Below, piece after piece: positions 28,174-37,850 of a DNA stretch of 64,000 nt; positions within the stretch are counted from its first letter, which is position 1; every line of letters begins with the position of its first letter. The stretch comes from Candidatus Berkelbacteria bacterium. GTDB taxonomy: Bacteria; Patescibacteriota; UBA1384; XYA2-FULL-43-10; 1-14-0-10-43-13. The translations under genes were made by a program, and so were the position numbers. Location: NCBI GenBank assembly GCA_037143235.1, contig JBAWZC010000001.1:65132-129131 (forward strand), written 5' to 3'. The notes below the pieces were generated by a model. It saw only the letters and a list, made by a program, of their open reading frames with translations. It had not been told where the DNA came from and ran no database searches.

Positions 28174-29364
28174 CTATTCATATCTCAAAACATCCAAAGA
28201 CTTGACTCTGACTGCCCTTCTGGCCGGATAAATGCCAGTCAAAATACCAATCAATACCGAAATAATGACAATCGCAATGATAAAATATGTAGGGTAATAG
28301 AAAATTGAGACAGCTTCCCCTCCCATACTGGTCGCATAATGATTCAAAACCATATTTACCGCATTTCCTGATAACACGCCCAAAATTAGACCAAGCACAC
28401 CACCCGTCACACCCAGCAAGACGGACTCAGTCAGAAAAATGCTATTAATATCATGGCTCCTCATCCCGAGCATTTTCATCAGCGCAATCTCCTTAATTCT
28501 CTCAAGCAAGGAGATTGTTAAAGTGTTGAACATGCCCAAAACCGCCACAATCAGAGTGATCAAACCAAATGCTGCCAATATAGCACGAAATATGCCGAAA
28601 ACTTGGTTAATTTGAGCAACGGTATCACCGACATATTGAGTTTTTAACCCCATATTTTCAATCTGTCTTCTGATTTCAGGCACTTTATCTTTGGCCAAGA
28701 CCTCAACTTTAAACTGGCCAAACGATGTCACTCCCATCGCTCGAAGATTGTTTAGATTGGTATAAACCTTCATTGACGATTCATCGTTTGTCACGCCAAC
28801 CACTTTATATTTCTGGTCGGAGATTTGCACATTTTCAGATTTATCTACCAATTCTTTGGGGATGACAATATCGAACGAGATCTCCTTCCCCATTACCTCG
28901 CTTTCGCTAATATTTAAAAATTTTACAAAAGCAGTATTGATAATCATTTCATTGTCTTTACCAACCAGAGAAGCTCCTTTGGCTATCTTAATACCAGATT
29001 TATCTAAATAGGCCTTGTCGGCTCCGTAAAAGGAAACGTCCACATTCCTTTCGCCAATTTCTGATTTTGCCCCTACGGTGACCAATCCATAAACATTTCC
29101 GACACCACCAATCCCTTTAATATTTGAGGCCGTTGTGTCAGTCAATTTAATAATTTGTGAGTTCCCCGTGCCAACATCCACCAATTTAAAAGCATCACCA
29201 CTCGTTACCTCGTTTGTCACCAGCCGTTCGATACCAAAAGCAAATGCGACCAAAAATACAATCGCCGAGATACCGATGACAACACCCATCAAAGTCAATA
29301 TTGCTCTCAGGCGGTGCAGTTTCAGGTTACGAAAGGCAAATTTCAATATAAATATCTTATCCAT
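28174..29364 (-). CDS. ABC transporter permease, FtsX/MacB-like
   Basis: N-terminal TM, large periplasmic domain, C-terminal 3-TM FtsX fold. Confidence 0.8.
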   Translation of the reverse strand: MDKIFILKFAFRNLKLHRLRAILTLMGVVIGISAIVFLVAFAFGIERLVTNEVTSGDAFKLVDVGTGNSQIIKLTDTTASNIKGIGGVGNVYGLVTVGAKSEIGERNVDVSFYGADKAYLDKSGIKIAKGASLVGKDNEMIINTAFVKFLNISESEVMGKEISFDIVIPKELVDKSENVQISDQKYKVVGVTNDESSMKVYTNLNNLRAMGVTSFGQFKVEVLAKDKVPEIRRQIENMGLKTQYVGDTVAQINQVFGIFRAILAAFGLITLIVAVLGMFNTLTISLLERIKEIALMKMLGMRSHDINSIFLTESVLLGVTGGVLGLILGVLSGNAVNMVLNHYATSMGGEAVSIFYYPTYFIIAIVIISVLIGILTGIYPARRAVRVKSLDVLRYE

Positions 29365-30088
29365 GGTTCACCTCTTTGATAATCTGGCCATCTCTCATCT
29401 CGATCCGCTTCGTCCCGAGATCCCAATATGCTGGATTGTGAGTAACCAACAAAATGGTTTTTTTCATCTCAACATTCAAAGTATTAAACAATGCCATAAT
29501 CTCGTCGGAAGCGGTTGAGTCCAGATTTCCCGTTGGTTCATCAGCAATGATAATCCAAGGATTTGAGATCAAAGCCCTCGCAAAACCTATCCTTTGCTGC
29601 TCACCACCCGATAACTGTGTCGGTATCTGCGTCGCTAATTTTGAAACTTTCAGCTCCTCCAACAAATCCATTGCTCGTGCGATGGCTTGCTTCTCCTTAA
29701 TCCCCTCTATCAACAGCGGCATCGCAACATTCTCCACCACATTCAACGACTTAATCCAATAAGACATCTGATAAATAATACCCATTTTTTTTGAACGAAA
29801 CAGACCACGCTCATCCTCATTCATTTTGAAAATATTTCTATCACGAACAATTACCTTGCCAGTTGTTGGTTCATCGGCACCCGAAATAATATTCAAGAGA
29901 GTTGATTTGCCACAACCTGACGGCCCAAAAATTACCACAAAATCCCGACTTTTTACCTCAAGATTAGCCTCTTTTAATGCTTCAACCTTCCGACTTCCCA
30001 AATCAAAGCTTTTGCTGACATTTTCAACCTTTATCACAGTCTCATGACAAGGCTCCGCAGTCTCTAGTTTCTCTATATCATCAATCAT
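29357..30088 (-). CDS. ABC transporter ATP-binding protein, MacB/LolD-like
   Basis: GPSGCGKST Walker A, LSGGEQQR signature; overlaps permease start. Confidence 0.88.
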   Translation of the reverse strand: MIDDIEKLETAEPCHETVIKVENVSKSFDLGSRKVEALKEANLEVKSRDFVVIFGPSGCGKSTLLNIISGADEPTTGKVIVRDRNIFKMNEDERGLFRSKKMGIIYQMSYWIKSLNVVENVAMPLLIEGIKEKQAIARAMDLLEELKVSKLATQIPTQLSGGEQQRIGFARALISNPWIIIADEPTGNLDSTASDEIMALFNTLNVEMKKTILLVTHNPAYWDLGTKRIEMRDGQIIKEVNHG

Positions 30089-30113
30089 AGTGCATTCATT
30101 AATTTAATCATAA

Positions 30114-33100
30114 CTACTTTATCCATCTTCCCATCCAACCAAAGATGTTTTGCATCGTGTTCAAGATAATCTGCAAGGCAGATCTCGAAATATCACCAGA
30201 AATGACCGTGTTATCACCCGAGGTAGACATATTCGCAGACATATCAGCTGAAAGAATTCTCAGATGGTATGGTTTACCTGGATCAAGATCAGAAATAATA
30301 ACCAAATGATGATTGGTAAATGTCGTATCAAGTGATGTCTTGTTGGTGTACTCGTTCCCAGACAAACCAATGCCAAACTCAACCTGCGAACTAGCCGGTT
30401 CGTCTGTTTTCCATGAAACTGCAACCTGAGCCTTGGCATTGCCAGTATTACCAATATTGGATGATTCAATCACAATATCGGAAATTCTCGGCGGGCGGCT
30501 ATCATTTGGCGTATCAAAAACTGTTTTCGTTGATTCCGCCACATTACCAAATTGATCCCTGCCCTGAGAGTATACGGTATATTTCTGATTATCGGCCAGA
30601 TCTGAGACTACAATCTCATGAACGAGAGACAGGTCAGATATTGATTGCTCTTTGAAATTGACGCCGTCAGTCGAGTATTTGACCGTCCCAGAAGTTGGCA
30701 CATTTGTCTCCCAAGCAACCTTGAGCGTAGTAGTCGGTGCCTCTTTGACTGGTTCGATGCCAAATTTGGAGATTGTCGGCATCGGCAGAGTAGCAAAAGA
30801 GTTCTCACTTCGAAGCTCATTACCGTCAGAGTCTCCTCCAACCAAGCGATAGAAATATGTTGTGCCTGGCTTCAGGTTGGAGATAGCCAAACTATGATTG
30901 GTCGTCGAACTATTAGAATCTTCGTTAATATTTTCACCAAAATCAGAGGTTTCACCATATTTGAGGGTGAAGTTTGCCATCGAAGTGCTCTTGAAATTAA
31001 TGATCGCCGAACTCTGGGTGATATTGGAAACAGTTAAATCATAAACACTTGGCGTGTTCGCTGTTTTGAATTCTTGGTTTGGCCCCAACAGCGAATTGCC
31101 GTCGACATCAGTCGATCGAATATTAAAAGTATAATCCGTTTGAGATTTCAAGCCGACAACTTTCACTTCGTGATCGGTGGTTTGAGCGACCTGACCCTGT
31201 TCAGAGACAAAAGTGTTGCCATTTTTGATCTGTACAAACGAAGATGATTCCCGATCAGTGACCCATTTCACACTGATCGAAGTTGGATTGACGGTGATCT
31301 TCGGCGCAGAAACCAAAACAGGTGGTGTAGTATACCGACCAGTTGGAGTGACTGAGACGACAGCAGAGGGAGCAGATGATTGACCAGCACTGTCCTTTGC
31401 AACAACATAATAGTAATACTGTGTAGATATCATGGGAGAGACGTCAGAACCTGCATCAGCAAAAATACGACTATCTGTTGGACCAATATTAGCGAAAGTA
31501 ACCCCATCGGTTGAACGATAAACATTATACCCAGCAAATACGCCTGTGCCCTTATCCTCGGGCGCATTCCACTTCACCGCTACAGCATAATTTTGAGTAT
31601 TGCGGTCAGAAATATCATATGCTTGAACCGCGCCAGGAATACCAGGGGCTGTCGTAGTCGCAGAAAAAGCAACCGCCGCGCAAGTGTCAGTATTTGCATT
31701 ATAATTAACCGACGATGGGGAGCAACCAGAAAAATCATAATTTCCTGCATTATCCTTGGCTACGACATAAAGAATATTCTCGCCTTGTTTCGTCGCATAG
31801 GAACCAGTCGACAAAGAAGTACCAGAAGCAAAGTTCGCACTATCAATTGAAGGGACAACATTCACCGAATAATAATATCCAGCAATTTCGCCCGGTGAAG
31901 CATCCCAAGCAAAAGCAAACTGATTGGTGCTTGAATTGGCAGAGGTCGTTCGCAAATTTGCTGGTGCTGCTGGTGCCAGATTATTAAAATAAAAGTTAGT
32001 ACGTACTGGTAAACTGCTCGCGTTGCCAGCCGTATCGACAGCTTGGAGATAAAATATATTTACACCCTGTGCTGCCACATCTGCCAAAGTCACCGAATTC
32101 GTCGTGGCATCTCCAGTGATATCATGCCACGAAACCTCGTTGCCAATCCGATACTGATATTTTTGCAAACCTGAACCACCCGTATCTACCGCCGCGTTTT
32201 GGCCAGTTGTCGGCCAAGTGAAGGTGAAATTGTTTGTTCGGCTATAGCCAGAAGGAGCAACCGAGACATACAGAGGTGTCGCCGGCGCCACATTATCATA
32301 TTTATAGGCAAACAAATTGTAGTCGGTAGAAGTCGCGTGATAGGCAGGGTTCGAAGCATTGTCAACTGCCACTACCTTCAGGTAATAAGTTGAACCAGCA
32401 ACAAGCGTTGTCGAAGAAGTAAAGGTATCTGATACACCAACTGTATTTTGCCAAATAAATGAACCATTGTTGGCGCCAACCGCAACTAAACCACTAGAAA
32501 GACCGATATTGGCGGTATTATCTGTGCCAAAGTAAACCAAGTAACCAGCCAGACCAGAAGTAAGTTCATTTTGATTTGCGTTGTCAGCCGGTGCGGTCCA
32601 TGAAAACGATGGTGTGGCGTAATTATGCCAAGTATCGGTGGTCAAAGTCGTCGCTCCACCCAAAGCATTTTTGGCAACAACGGTGACAACACTGGGATTG
32701 TTCGGTGCCGCCGTATCGGAAACATAGGTCATATTAATTGAACTTAGGGCTGGATTATCTATTCCGTCAGTGACGAAAAATGCTCGCCATTTGATATTAT
32801 GCGCCGGCGTAATAGTCGGAAAAGTAGAAATATTAGCATTTACTTCCGCAGCTGTATTGGTCTGATAAGCATTATTTTTATCAGCCAAAGTCCAAGCCGC
32901 ACCATTGTAGTAGTAATAGCTAGCCGAGGCGATACTACCAACCGTAGAATCATTTGACAATTGATAATGCAGTGTCCCAGTCGAGCCACCAGCTAAGCTT
33001 TCACTATAGCCCTCAAGCGACGAATAAGTCATTGGCGATTTGAGTGACAAAGTTGGATAAATCGAGCTGCTCGCCGCTGGTGTCGAACTCTCAGCAACAG

Positions 33101-35921
33101 TGATGCCATACTTGGCACCCAAAGTTTTTTCCACACTATTGCGTGAAGTATTATCTAAAATAGATTTTTGAATAACGACCGGCCCAATCCAACCGTCAAA
33201 GGCTCGGTCACCAGCCGCTTTATTGCCAAGATATGTTGGACCTCCAACAGTAGGAGGTCCAGATACTTGGTCAGCAGTTCCGCTGAGTGCCCCATTAATA
33301 TAAACATTAACTTTACCATCAGCTTTGCGTGTCACAGAAACAACGTAAGGAGTGTTAAAAGCAATTGAAGATATTGGTGTCACCGCATATCCTGTACTGC
33401 TATCACTACTAACCTGTATTGCATTACTATTTACATTACTCATGCATATATAAAATTTGGAATTATCAATAATTCTTCCCACACTACTGCCTCCACTACT
33501 TCTTGGTTTTATCACCGTCGTCACCGTTACATCGCCCGTACCAATCAAATCGGTAGAATTACCCAATGTATCATCAACCCCATCAAATTGAAAAGCTGGG
33601 TGGCTATTTATACCAGATACATCATAAACCGGTCGCAGGGTTTGAGATGTCTGAGTGAAGGTGTTGGAATGACCAGAAAGATCAGTTATTTTACTAACTG
33701 CACCATCATAATAACCAACACCGTATCCCTGAGTAACTGTTCCAACATCACTCAAGTCATTTCCATTGGCTGTCTGGTCTAACCTAGTTCCCGATTTTGT
33801 ATCTAAATTCCAAAATCCTTTGAGACTCGCATCACCAGAAATTGAAGTCGGTAGTCCCGCGTATTTTAATCCTTTGCCGCCATTAAATAATGCTGTTTTT
33901 TCATCTGTCGTTAAAATCCTCTTAATCATTCCCCAGCCGTCAGCACGACCTGGAAGAGAATTTGCTGCCCCATTGGCGTAACTACCGATATTGAAGTCAT
34001 TTGCTGCAGACAAAACCCCAGCGGAAGTCGCCGTAGTAACTGGCGTACCATTGTTTACACTAATAAATATCTGATTGTTTACTGAGTCGTGACCATAAAC
34101 GATAAAATACCAGTTGCTAGTTGAAACAACATCTGTGAATACATTCTGACTAGCGCTATCTGCAGCATTTCTGACATAGAATTGAAACCTATTAAATGGA
34201 GCAACTGTAGCAGTTCTCAACATATATTCACCACCAACACCATTGGCGTTTCCTTTAGAAATAATTCCGCCTGGATTAGAGCCGACAAAGAAATTGTCCA
34301 TATTCACCCAACCAAATAGAGTGAAGTCAATATCTCCAGTTTGTAAAGAGGCGTTGCTTGTTCGTTTTAGATAATTGCTTGTTCCATTAAACTGAGCTGC
34401 AAAGTTAGAGTCTGTTGAAAGTCCTGCAGCGATACCAGCAGCAGCCAGAGGTCCGACTGATTCAATAGTGACATTGTCCAAAAATACTGATTTTGAAATA
34501 TAACCTGAGTTTCCAGTAATATAGAAGTTACCATTAGTGGCTGTAAAATAAACTGTGTATTGAGCATAAGATGTCGTCAGTGTGACCGTTGAGTATCCTG
34601 TGTTACTATCACCAACCCTGATTACAACACCAGTTCCAGAAGCCTTACCATAGAAAGTTACCTTGTACTTTTTACCAGTGACCAAGCCTCCATTTTGAGC
34701 AAGGGAAGCACCTTGTGCAGCAGCATCAAAGTCAAACCTAGCAGCATAAGTTCCTGAGTAAGGAGCGGAAGTTTCAGCATTTATTGTTGATAATCCAGCA
34801 CGAGTCTCTATCCAAGTAGCAAATACGTCAGCACCACCAGCACCGAGAGTCTCAAATCCACCATTGAGAGTCGTAGCATTGATTAGTTGGACGCCAGCAG
34901 GAGTTAAATTGTTAGTACCCTTGGCGTCGTAGCGAGTGCCAGACTCCTCATTCATACCCCACCAAGAAGTCAATGCAGTTTGAAAACTATCCAAACCATT
35001 GGCCGAGGTCAAATCTGCATAAGTACGACCATTGCCAGAATTATACAAAGCTGTTGCTTCGCCAGAAGTTGAAATGGATTTTTTGAAATATGCGGAGTCG
35101 ATACGACCATTGAGAGGTAGTGCGAGGTCGGATTGATTTCCGATTACAAAGGCAGTAGCACCAGCCGTAATAGCTACATCAGCTAAAGAAATTGTAGCAG
35201 CATTATTGACAGAAATGTTGACTGTATTAGCCGTAGCGTCGTGCCAACCCCGAACAAAATACCAAGTAGAAAGGCTCGCCGTTCCAGTTTGTATTGCTAC
35301 CGCAGTATTACCACCAAACTTAAAGTTCTGACTAACAGATGAATACCAAAGTCCATATTCACCACTACCAGCTAATCCTTTTGAAATAATCATTCCACTC
35401 ACATTGCTATCAAGGTAAACCCACGCTCCAACCTCGAAATCGATATCACCAGTCTGGAGCGAGGCGTTGCTTGGAACAGTTAAATAGTCTTTGTTTGCTG
35501 CTGTAAACTGTGCCGCACCATCGGCACTGACGCCAGAAGCAGGGTTGATATTAGTCGTGGCACCAGTGGCAGCACCTGGAGTTGAAAGAGTCGCTTTTGA
35601 ACTTGTAGTGGAAATCCCAGCATCGGCCTGATAAATACTATTGTCGCCACTAAAATTCCAGGTTTGGGTTGCCGCCATAACCTTATCTGGCGAGCCACCG
35701 TAAAAAGTTGTAAGCAAAAAACTGGCGAGCAATAAGATGACGCCGACTGTGACCGAACCAGCTTTGACATTCAAATTCAAATGCTTTTTGCGAAGCTGCC
35801 AAGCAGATGGCTTCGCCGAGATATTATTTTTAACAGCAAAAACACTCTTCTTTACACCTAAAGCAAAAGTTTTTAGACCCTTTACAACTTTTTTGAGGCT
35901 AATCTGCAATCCCCTCCCCAA
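30114..35921 (-). CDS. giant secreted/surface protein (1935 aa) with repeated LamG/ConA-like jelly-roll and FN3-like modules
   Basis: N-terminal TM/signal; repeated LTVPSNASLQTGDIDF.. / LKRTSNASLQTGDIDF.. blocks; Ser/Thr/Asn/Gly-rich beta repeats. Confidence 0.7.
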   Translation of the reverse strand: MGRGLQISLKKVVKGLKTFALGVKKSVFAVKNNISAKPSAWQLRKKHLNLNVKAGSVTVGVILLLASFLLTTFYGGSPDKVMAATQTWNFSGDNSIYQADAGISTTSSKATLSTPGAATGATTNINPASGVSADGAAQFTAANKDYLTVPSNASLQTGDIDFEVGAWVYLDSNVSGMIISKGLAGSGEYGLWYSSVSQNFKFGGNTAVAIQTGTASLSTWYFVRGWHDATANTVNISVNNAATISLADVAITAGATAFVIGNQSDLALPLNGRIDSAYFKKSISTSGEATALYNSGNGRTYADLTSANGLDSFQTALTSWWGMNEESGTRYDAKGTNNLTPAGVQLINATTLNGGFETLGAGGADVFATWIETRAGLSTINAETSAPYSGTYAARFDFDAAAQGASLAQNGGLVTGKKYKVTFYGKASGTGVVIRVGDSNTGYSTVTLTTSYAQYTVYFTATNGNFYITGNSGYISKSVFLDNVTIESVGPLAAAGIAAGLSTDSNFAAQFNGTSNYLKRTSNASLQTGDIDFTLFGWVNMDNFFVGSNPGGIISKGNANGVGGEYMLRTATVAPFNRFQFYVRNAADSASQNVFTDVVSTSNWYFIVYGHDSVNNQIFISVNNGTPVTTATSAGVLSAANDFNIGSYANGAANSLPGRADGWGMIKRILTTDEKTALFNGGKGLKYAGLPTSISGDASLKGFWNLDTKSGTRLDQTANGNDLSDVGTVTQGYGVGYYDGAVSKITDLSGHSNTFTQTSQTLRPVYDVSGINSHPAFQFDGVDDTLGNSTDLIGTGDVTVTTVIKPRSSGGSSVGRIIDNSKFYICMSNVNSNAIQVSSDSSTGYAVTPISSIAFNTPYVVSVTRKADGKVNVYINGALSGTADQVSGPPTVGGPTYLGNKAAGDRAFDGWIGPVVIQKSILDNTSRNSVEKTLGAKYGITVAESSTPAASSSIYPTLSLKSPMTYSSLEGYSESLAGGSTGTLHYQLSNDSTVGSIASASYYYYNGAAWTLADKNNAYQTNTAAEVNANISTFPTITPAHNIKWRAFFVTDGIDNPALSSINMTYVSDTAAPNNPSVVTVVAKNALGGATTLTTDTWHNYATPSFSWTAPADNANQNELTSGLAGYLVYFGTDNTANIGLSSGLVAVGANNGSFIWQNTVGVSDTFTSSTTLVAGSTYYLKVVAVDNASNPAYHATSTDYNLFAYKYDNVAPATPLYVSVAPSGYSRTNNFTFTWPTTGQNAAVDTGGSGLQKYQYRIGNEVSWHDITGDATTNSVTLADVAAQGVNIFYLQAVDTAGNASSLPVRTNFYFNNLAPAAPANLRTTSANSSTNQFAFAWDASPGEIAGYYYSVNVVPSIDSANFASGTSLSTGSYATKQGENILYVVAKDNAGNYDFSGCSPSSVNYNANTDTCAAVAFSATTTAPGIPGAVQAYDISDRNTQNYAVAVKWNAPEDKGTGVFAGYNVYRSTDGVTFANIGPTDSRIFADAGSDVSPMISTQYYYYVVAKDSAGQSSAPSAVVSVTPTGRYTTPPVLVSAPKITVNPTSISVKWVTDRESSSFVQIKNGNTFVSEQGQVAQTTDHEVKVVGLKSQTDYTFNIRSTDVDGNSLLGPNQEFKTANTPSVYDLTVSNITQSSAIINFKSTSMANFTLKYGETSDFGENINEDSNSSTTNHSLAISNLKPGTTYFYRLVGGDSDGNELRSENSFATLPMPTISKFGIEPVKEAPTTTLKVAWETNVPTSGTVKYSTDGVNFKEQSISDLSLVHEIVVSDLADNQKYTVYSQGRDQFGNVAESTKTVFDTPNDSRPPRISDIVIESSNIGNTGNAKAQVAVSWKTDEPASSQVEFGIGLSGNEYTNKTSLDTTFTNHHLVIISDLDPGKPYHLRILSADMSANMSTSGDNTVISGDISRSALQIILNTMQNIFGWMGRWIK

Positions 35922-36035
35922 ATTTATTTACACTTTTCACTTCGGAACTGTATACATATAATTATATACAAAAAAATAACTCGCGACAATGGCAGACAAG
36001 TTATTTTTTTCTGTTCTATAGCTTTTTACAAAGAT

Positions 36036-36178
36036 TGGTGCCCGAGGCGGCCTGCCCGCCATCGCAAGGCTCAGGCATTGCAGGCGGGGAGTCGAACCCG
36101 CATAGCTTGAGGCCACATCATTTTAAGTGATGCGTACCTGCCTGCCGGCAGGCAGGTATACCATTCCACCACTCGCCC
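36036..36178 (-). pseudogene. tRNA-Leu(UAA)-like chimeric/disrupted copy
   Basis: Shares 5' acceptor/D-arm and anticodon arm (CATCA-CTTAAAA-TGATG) with intact tRNA at 36305-36389 but has a 20-nt palindrome (CTGCCTGCCGGCAGGCAGG) after the D-arm, a ~34-nt insert after the T-arm, and a 3' acceptor (CTCGGGC) that pairs with the 5' fragment at 36690, not its own 5' end. Confidence 0.55.
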
Positions 36179-36304
36179 ATTATTGTTTTAACTATTTTCC
36201 AAGAACCGTTTATAAGCTCTATTCTACCATTCAATGAGAAATCGGCTACCTTTTTGTGAAGCAAAAGAATGGCTGCGGATCGGCATGCTGTTTAAATTTA
36301 TTTG

Positions 36305-36389
36305 TGGTAGGCGAGGCGGGAGTCGAACCCGCATCCCTTGAGGGGACATCATTTTAAGTGATGCGTGTATACCATTCCACCACTCGCCC
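36305..36389 (-). tRNA. tRNA-Leu(UAA), CCA encoded
   Basis: GGGCGAG..GTGGAATGGTATAC..CATCA-CTTAAAA-TGATG..long variable arm..GCGGGTTCGACTCCCGC..CTCGCCT-ACCA. Confidence 0.85.
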
Positions 36390-36390
36390 A

Positions 36391-36632
36391 TTATTGTTTT
36401 AACAAACCGTCGATCTCTTCTCTTCCGATACCTGATTTAAAATACTTTTCTCTTTCCCGTGCTTCTGTTCTAGTGGCATATTTCTCAAAATGAATCAACT
36501 TCAAGGGCATTTTATTTTTCGTTGACCGAACTCTTCCAGAATTATGCTGACTTATTCTTCTTTCAAGATTATCAGTTAATCCTTTGTAAACAAAATTACG
36601 AGACTCTGATTTTAGAAGATACACATAATACA
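36391..36632 (-). CDS. GIY-YIG homing endonuclease-like protein
   Basis: Start MYYVYLLKSESRNFVYKGLTDNLERRISQHN; ATG directly abuts a duplicated tRNA anticodon-loop segment; ORF-track N-extension is tRNA-derived. Confidence 0.8.
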
Positions 36633-36690
36633 TTTTAAGTCCTTCGTGCCTGCCTGCCGGCAGGCAGGTATACCATTCCACCACTCGGGC
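36633..36690 (-). pseudogene. tRNA-Leu 5'-half fragment (acceptor GCCCGAG..D-arm..palindrome..anticodon loop CTTAAAA)
   Basis: GCCCGAGTGGTGGAATGGTATAC-CTGCCTGCCGGCAGGCAGG-CACGAAGGACTTAAAATG; ends at GIY-YIG ATG. Confidence 0.6.
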
Positions 36691-36692
36691 TT

Positions 36693-37700
36693 TTATACAA
36701 TTTCCCAAATATTATTGACCTTGGATAGCTCACCTTCGATCGTAAACCCAGCAGCTTTTTTATGGCCGCCGCCGCCAAGCAGTGAGGCTAATTTTGACAG
36801 GTCAACATCATCTCGCTCAGTTCGCAAGCTCCCCATGATAGTACCATTTTCACTCTCGTATATCAACAAAGTCGCCCGAGTTCCGGGCACAGTATTCAGC
36901 AAATTAATCAAACCAGAAAGATCATCCTCTGACGCCCCAGATAGCAATCTATCTTCTTTCGACAAAACTGAATAAGCAATGCCAAACTCATCATTTATCG
37001 ACAGACGATCCATCGCCACTCCCCAAATTTTCAGCTTTGAAACTGACTTTTCGTGAGAAATATTCTCAGAGATTTTCTTCAATCTAGCTCCACAACACAA
37101 CAGCTTGGAGACTATTTTCATCACATCTTCCGAGGTATTGCTGTGCTGAAAACCGCCTGTATCAGTGTATATTCCGCACAAAATATAGGTCGCAACATCA
37201 GCATCAATATCACAGCCTAGTCCAGTTACGATCCGATAAACTATTTCAGCCGTCGAACTTGCCTGATCATCCACATAGTTCACATCGGCCAGTCGCCAGA
37301 GATCATTTTTGGGATGATGGTCGATATTGATAACAAAATTGCCATTTTTCTTGCAGTCAAGAATCATTTGCTCAACCTTGGTTCGACGCAAATCACCACA
37401 ATCCAAAATAATGATCGTCTCTTCTTGGGAAACAGTGAGACTATGAAGTCCATTCGTACTAACAATCTGGTCGTGCTCACCGAGAAATCGGAAAACTTCC
37501 GGTACTGGGTCAGCACAAATCATTCTGACTTCCTTGTTCTTTTGCCTCAACATTGCCGCCATTGCAAGAATAGACCCGACGGCATCACCATCAGGACTCT
37601 CGTGGCAAATGAGCACAAAAGATTTGGTTCCCTCGATCAACTTTTTCAGATTTGAGAATGAACCCATGTGAAATATAATTACCGATTGATCAAGATACAA
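36693..37700 (-). CDS. DHH/DHHA1 family phosphoesterase (NrnA-like)
   Basis: LICHESPDGDAVGS, NIDHHP motifs. Confidence 0.85.
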   Translation of the reverse strand: MYLDQSVIIFHMGSFSNLKKLIEGTKSFVLICHESPDGDAVGSILAMAAMLRQKNKEVRMICADPVPEVFRFLGEHDQIVSTNGLHSLTVSQEETIIILDCGDLRRTKVEQMILDCKKNGNFVINIDHHPKNDLWRLADVNYVDDQASSTAEIVYRIVTGLGCDIDADVATYILCGIYTDTGGFQHSNTSEDVMKIVSKLLCCGARLKKISENISHEKSVSKLKIWGVAMDRLSINDEFGIAYSVLSKEDRLLSGASEDDLSGLINLLNTVPGTRATLLIYESENGTIMGSLRTERDDVDLSKLASLLGGGGHKKAAGFTIEGELSKVNNIWEIV

Positions 37701-37850
37701 TAACCAAGAAACAATAATCAGTTAATATCCAATTACCAATTTCCAACCTGCCTGTCGGCAGACAAATTACTCAATCAATGTTCATATAATCAAATTACCA
37801 AATAAATGGCTAAATGATTAATTGATTAAATGACTAAATGATTAAATGCT
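37681..37850. repeat. ~150-nt intergenic repeat family copy (inverted orientation)
   Basis: reverse complement matches 24827-24980 family (..ggatattaactgattattgtttcttggttattgtatcttg..). Confidence 0.75.

Noticed and set aside
36036-36178. Functional intron-containing tRNA-Leu
   Set aside because: Acceptor stem cannot pair (GGGCGAG vs CTCGGGC), T-stem has an extra C, and inserts are palindromes rather than intron-like; treated as chimeric pseudogene, though splicing was not formally excluded.
36633-36708. N-terminal extension of GIY-YIG ORF (MGNCIKARVVEWYTCLPAGRHEGLK...)
   Set aside because: Encoded by a tRNA-derived fragment; GIY-YIG homologs start at MYYVYLL and the other three paralogs start at the equivalent position.
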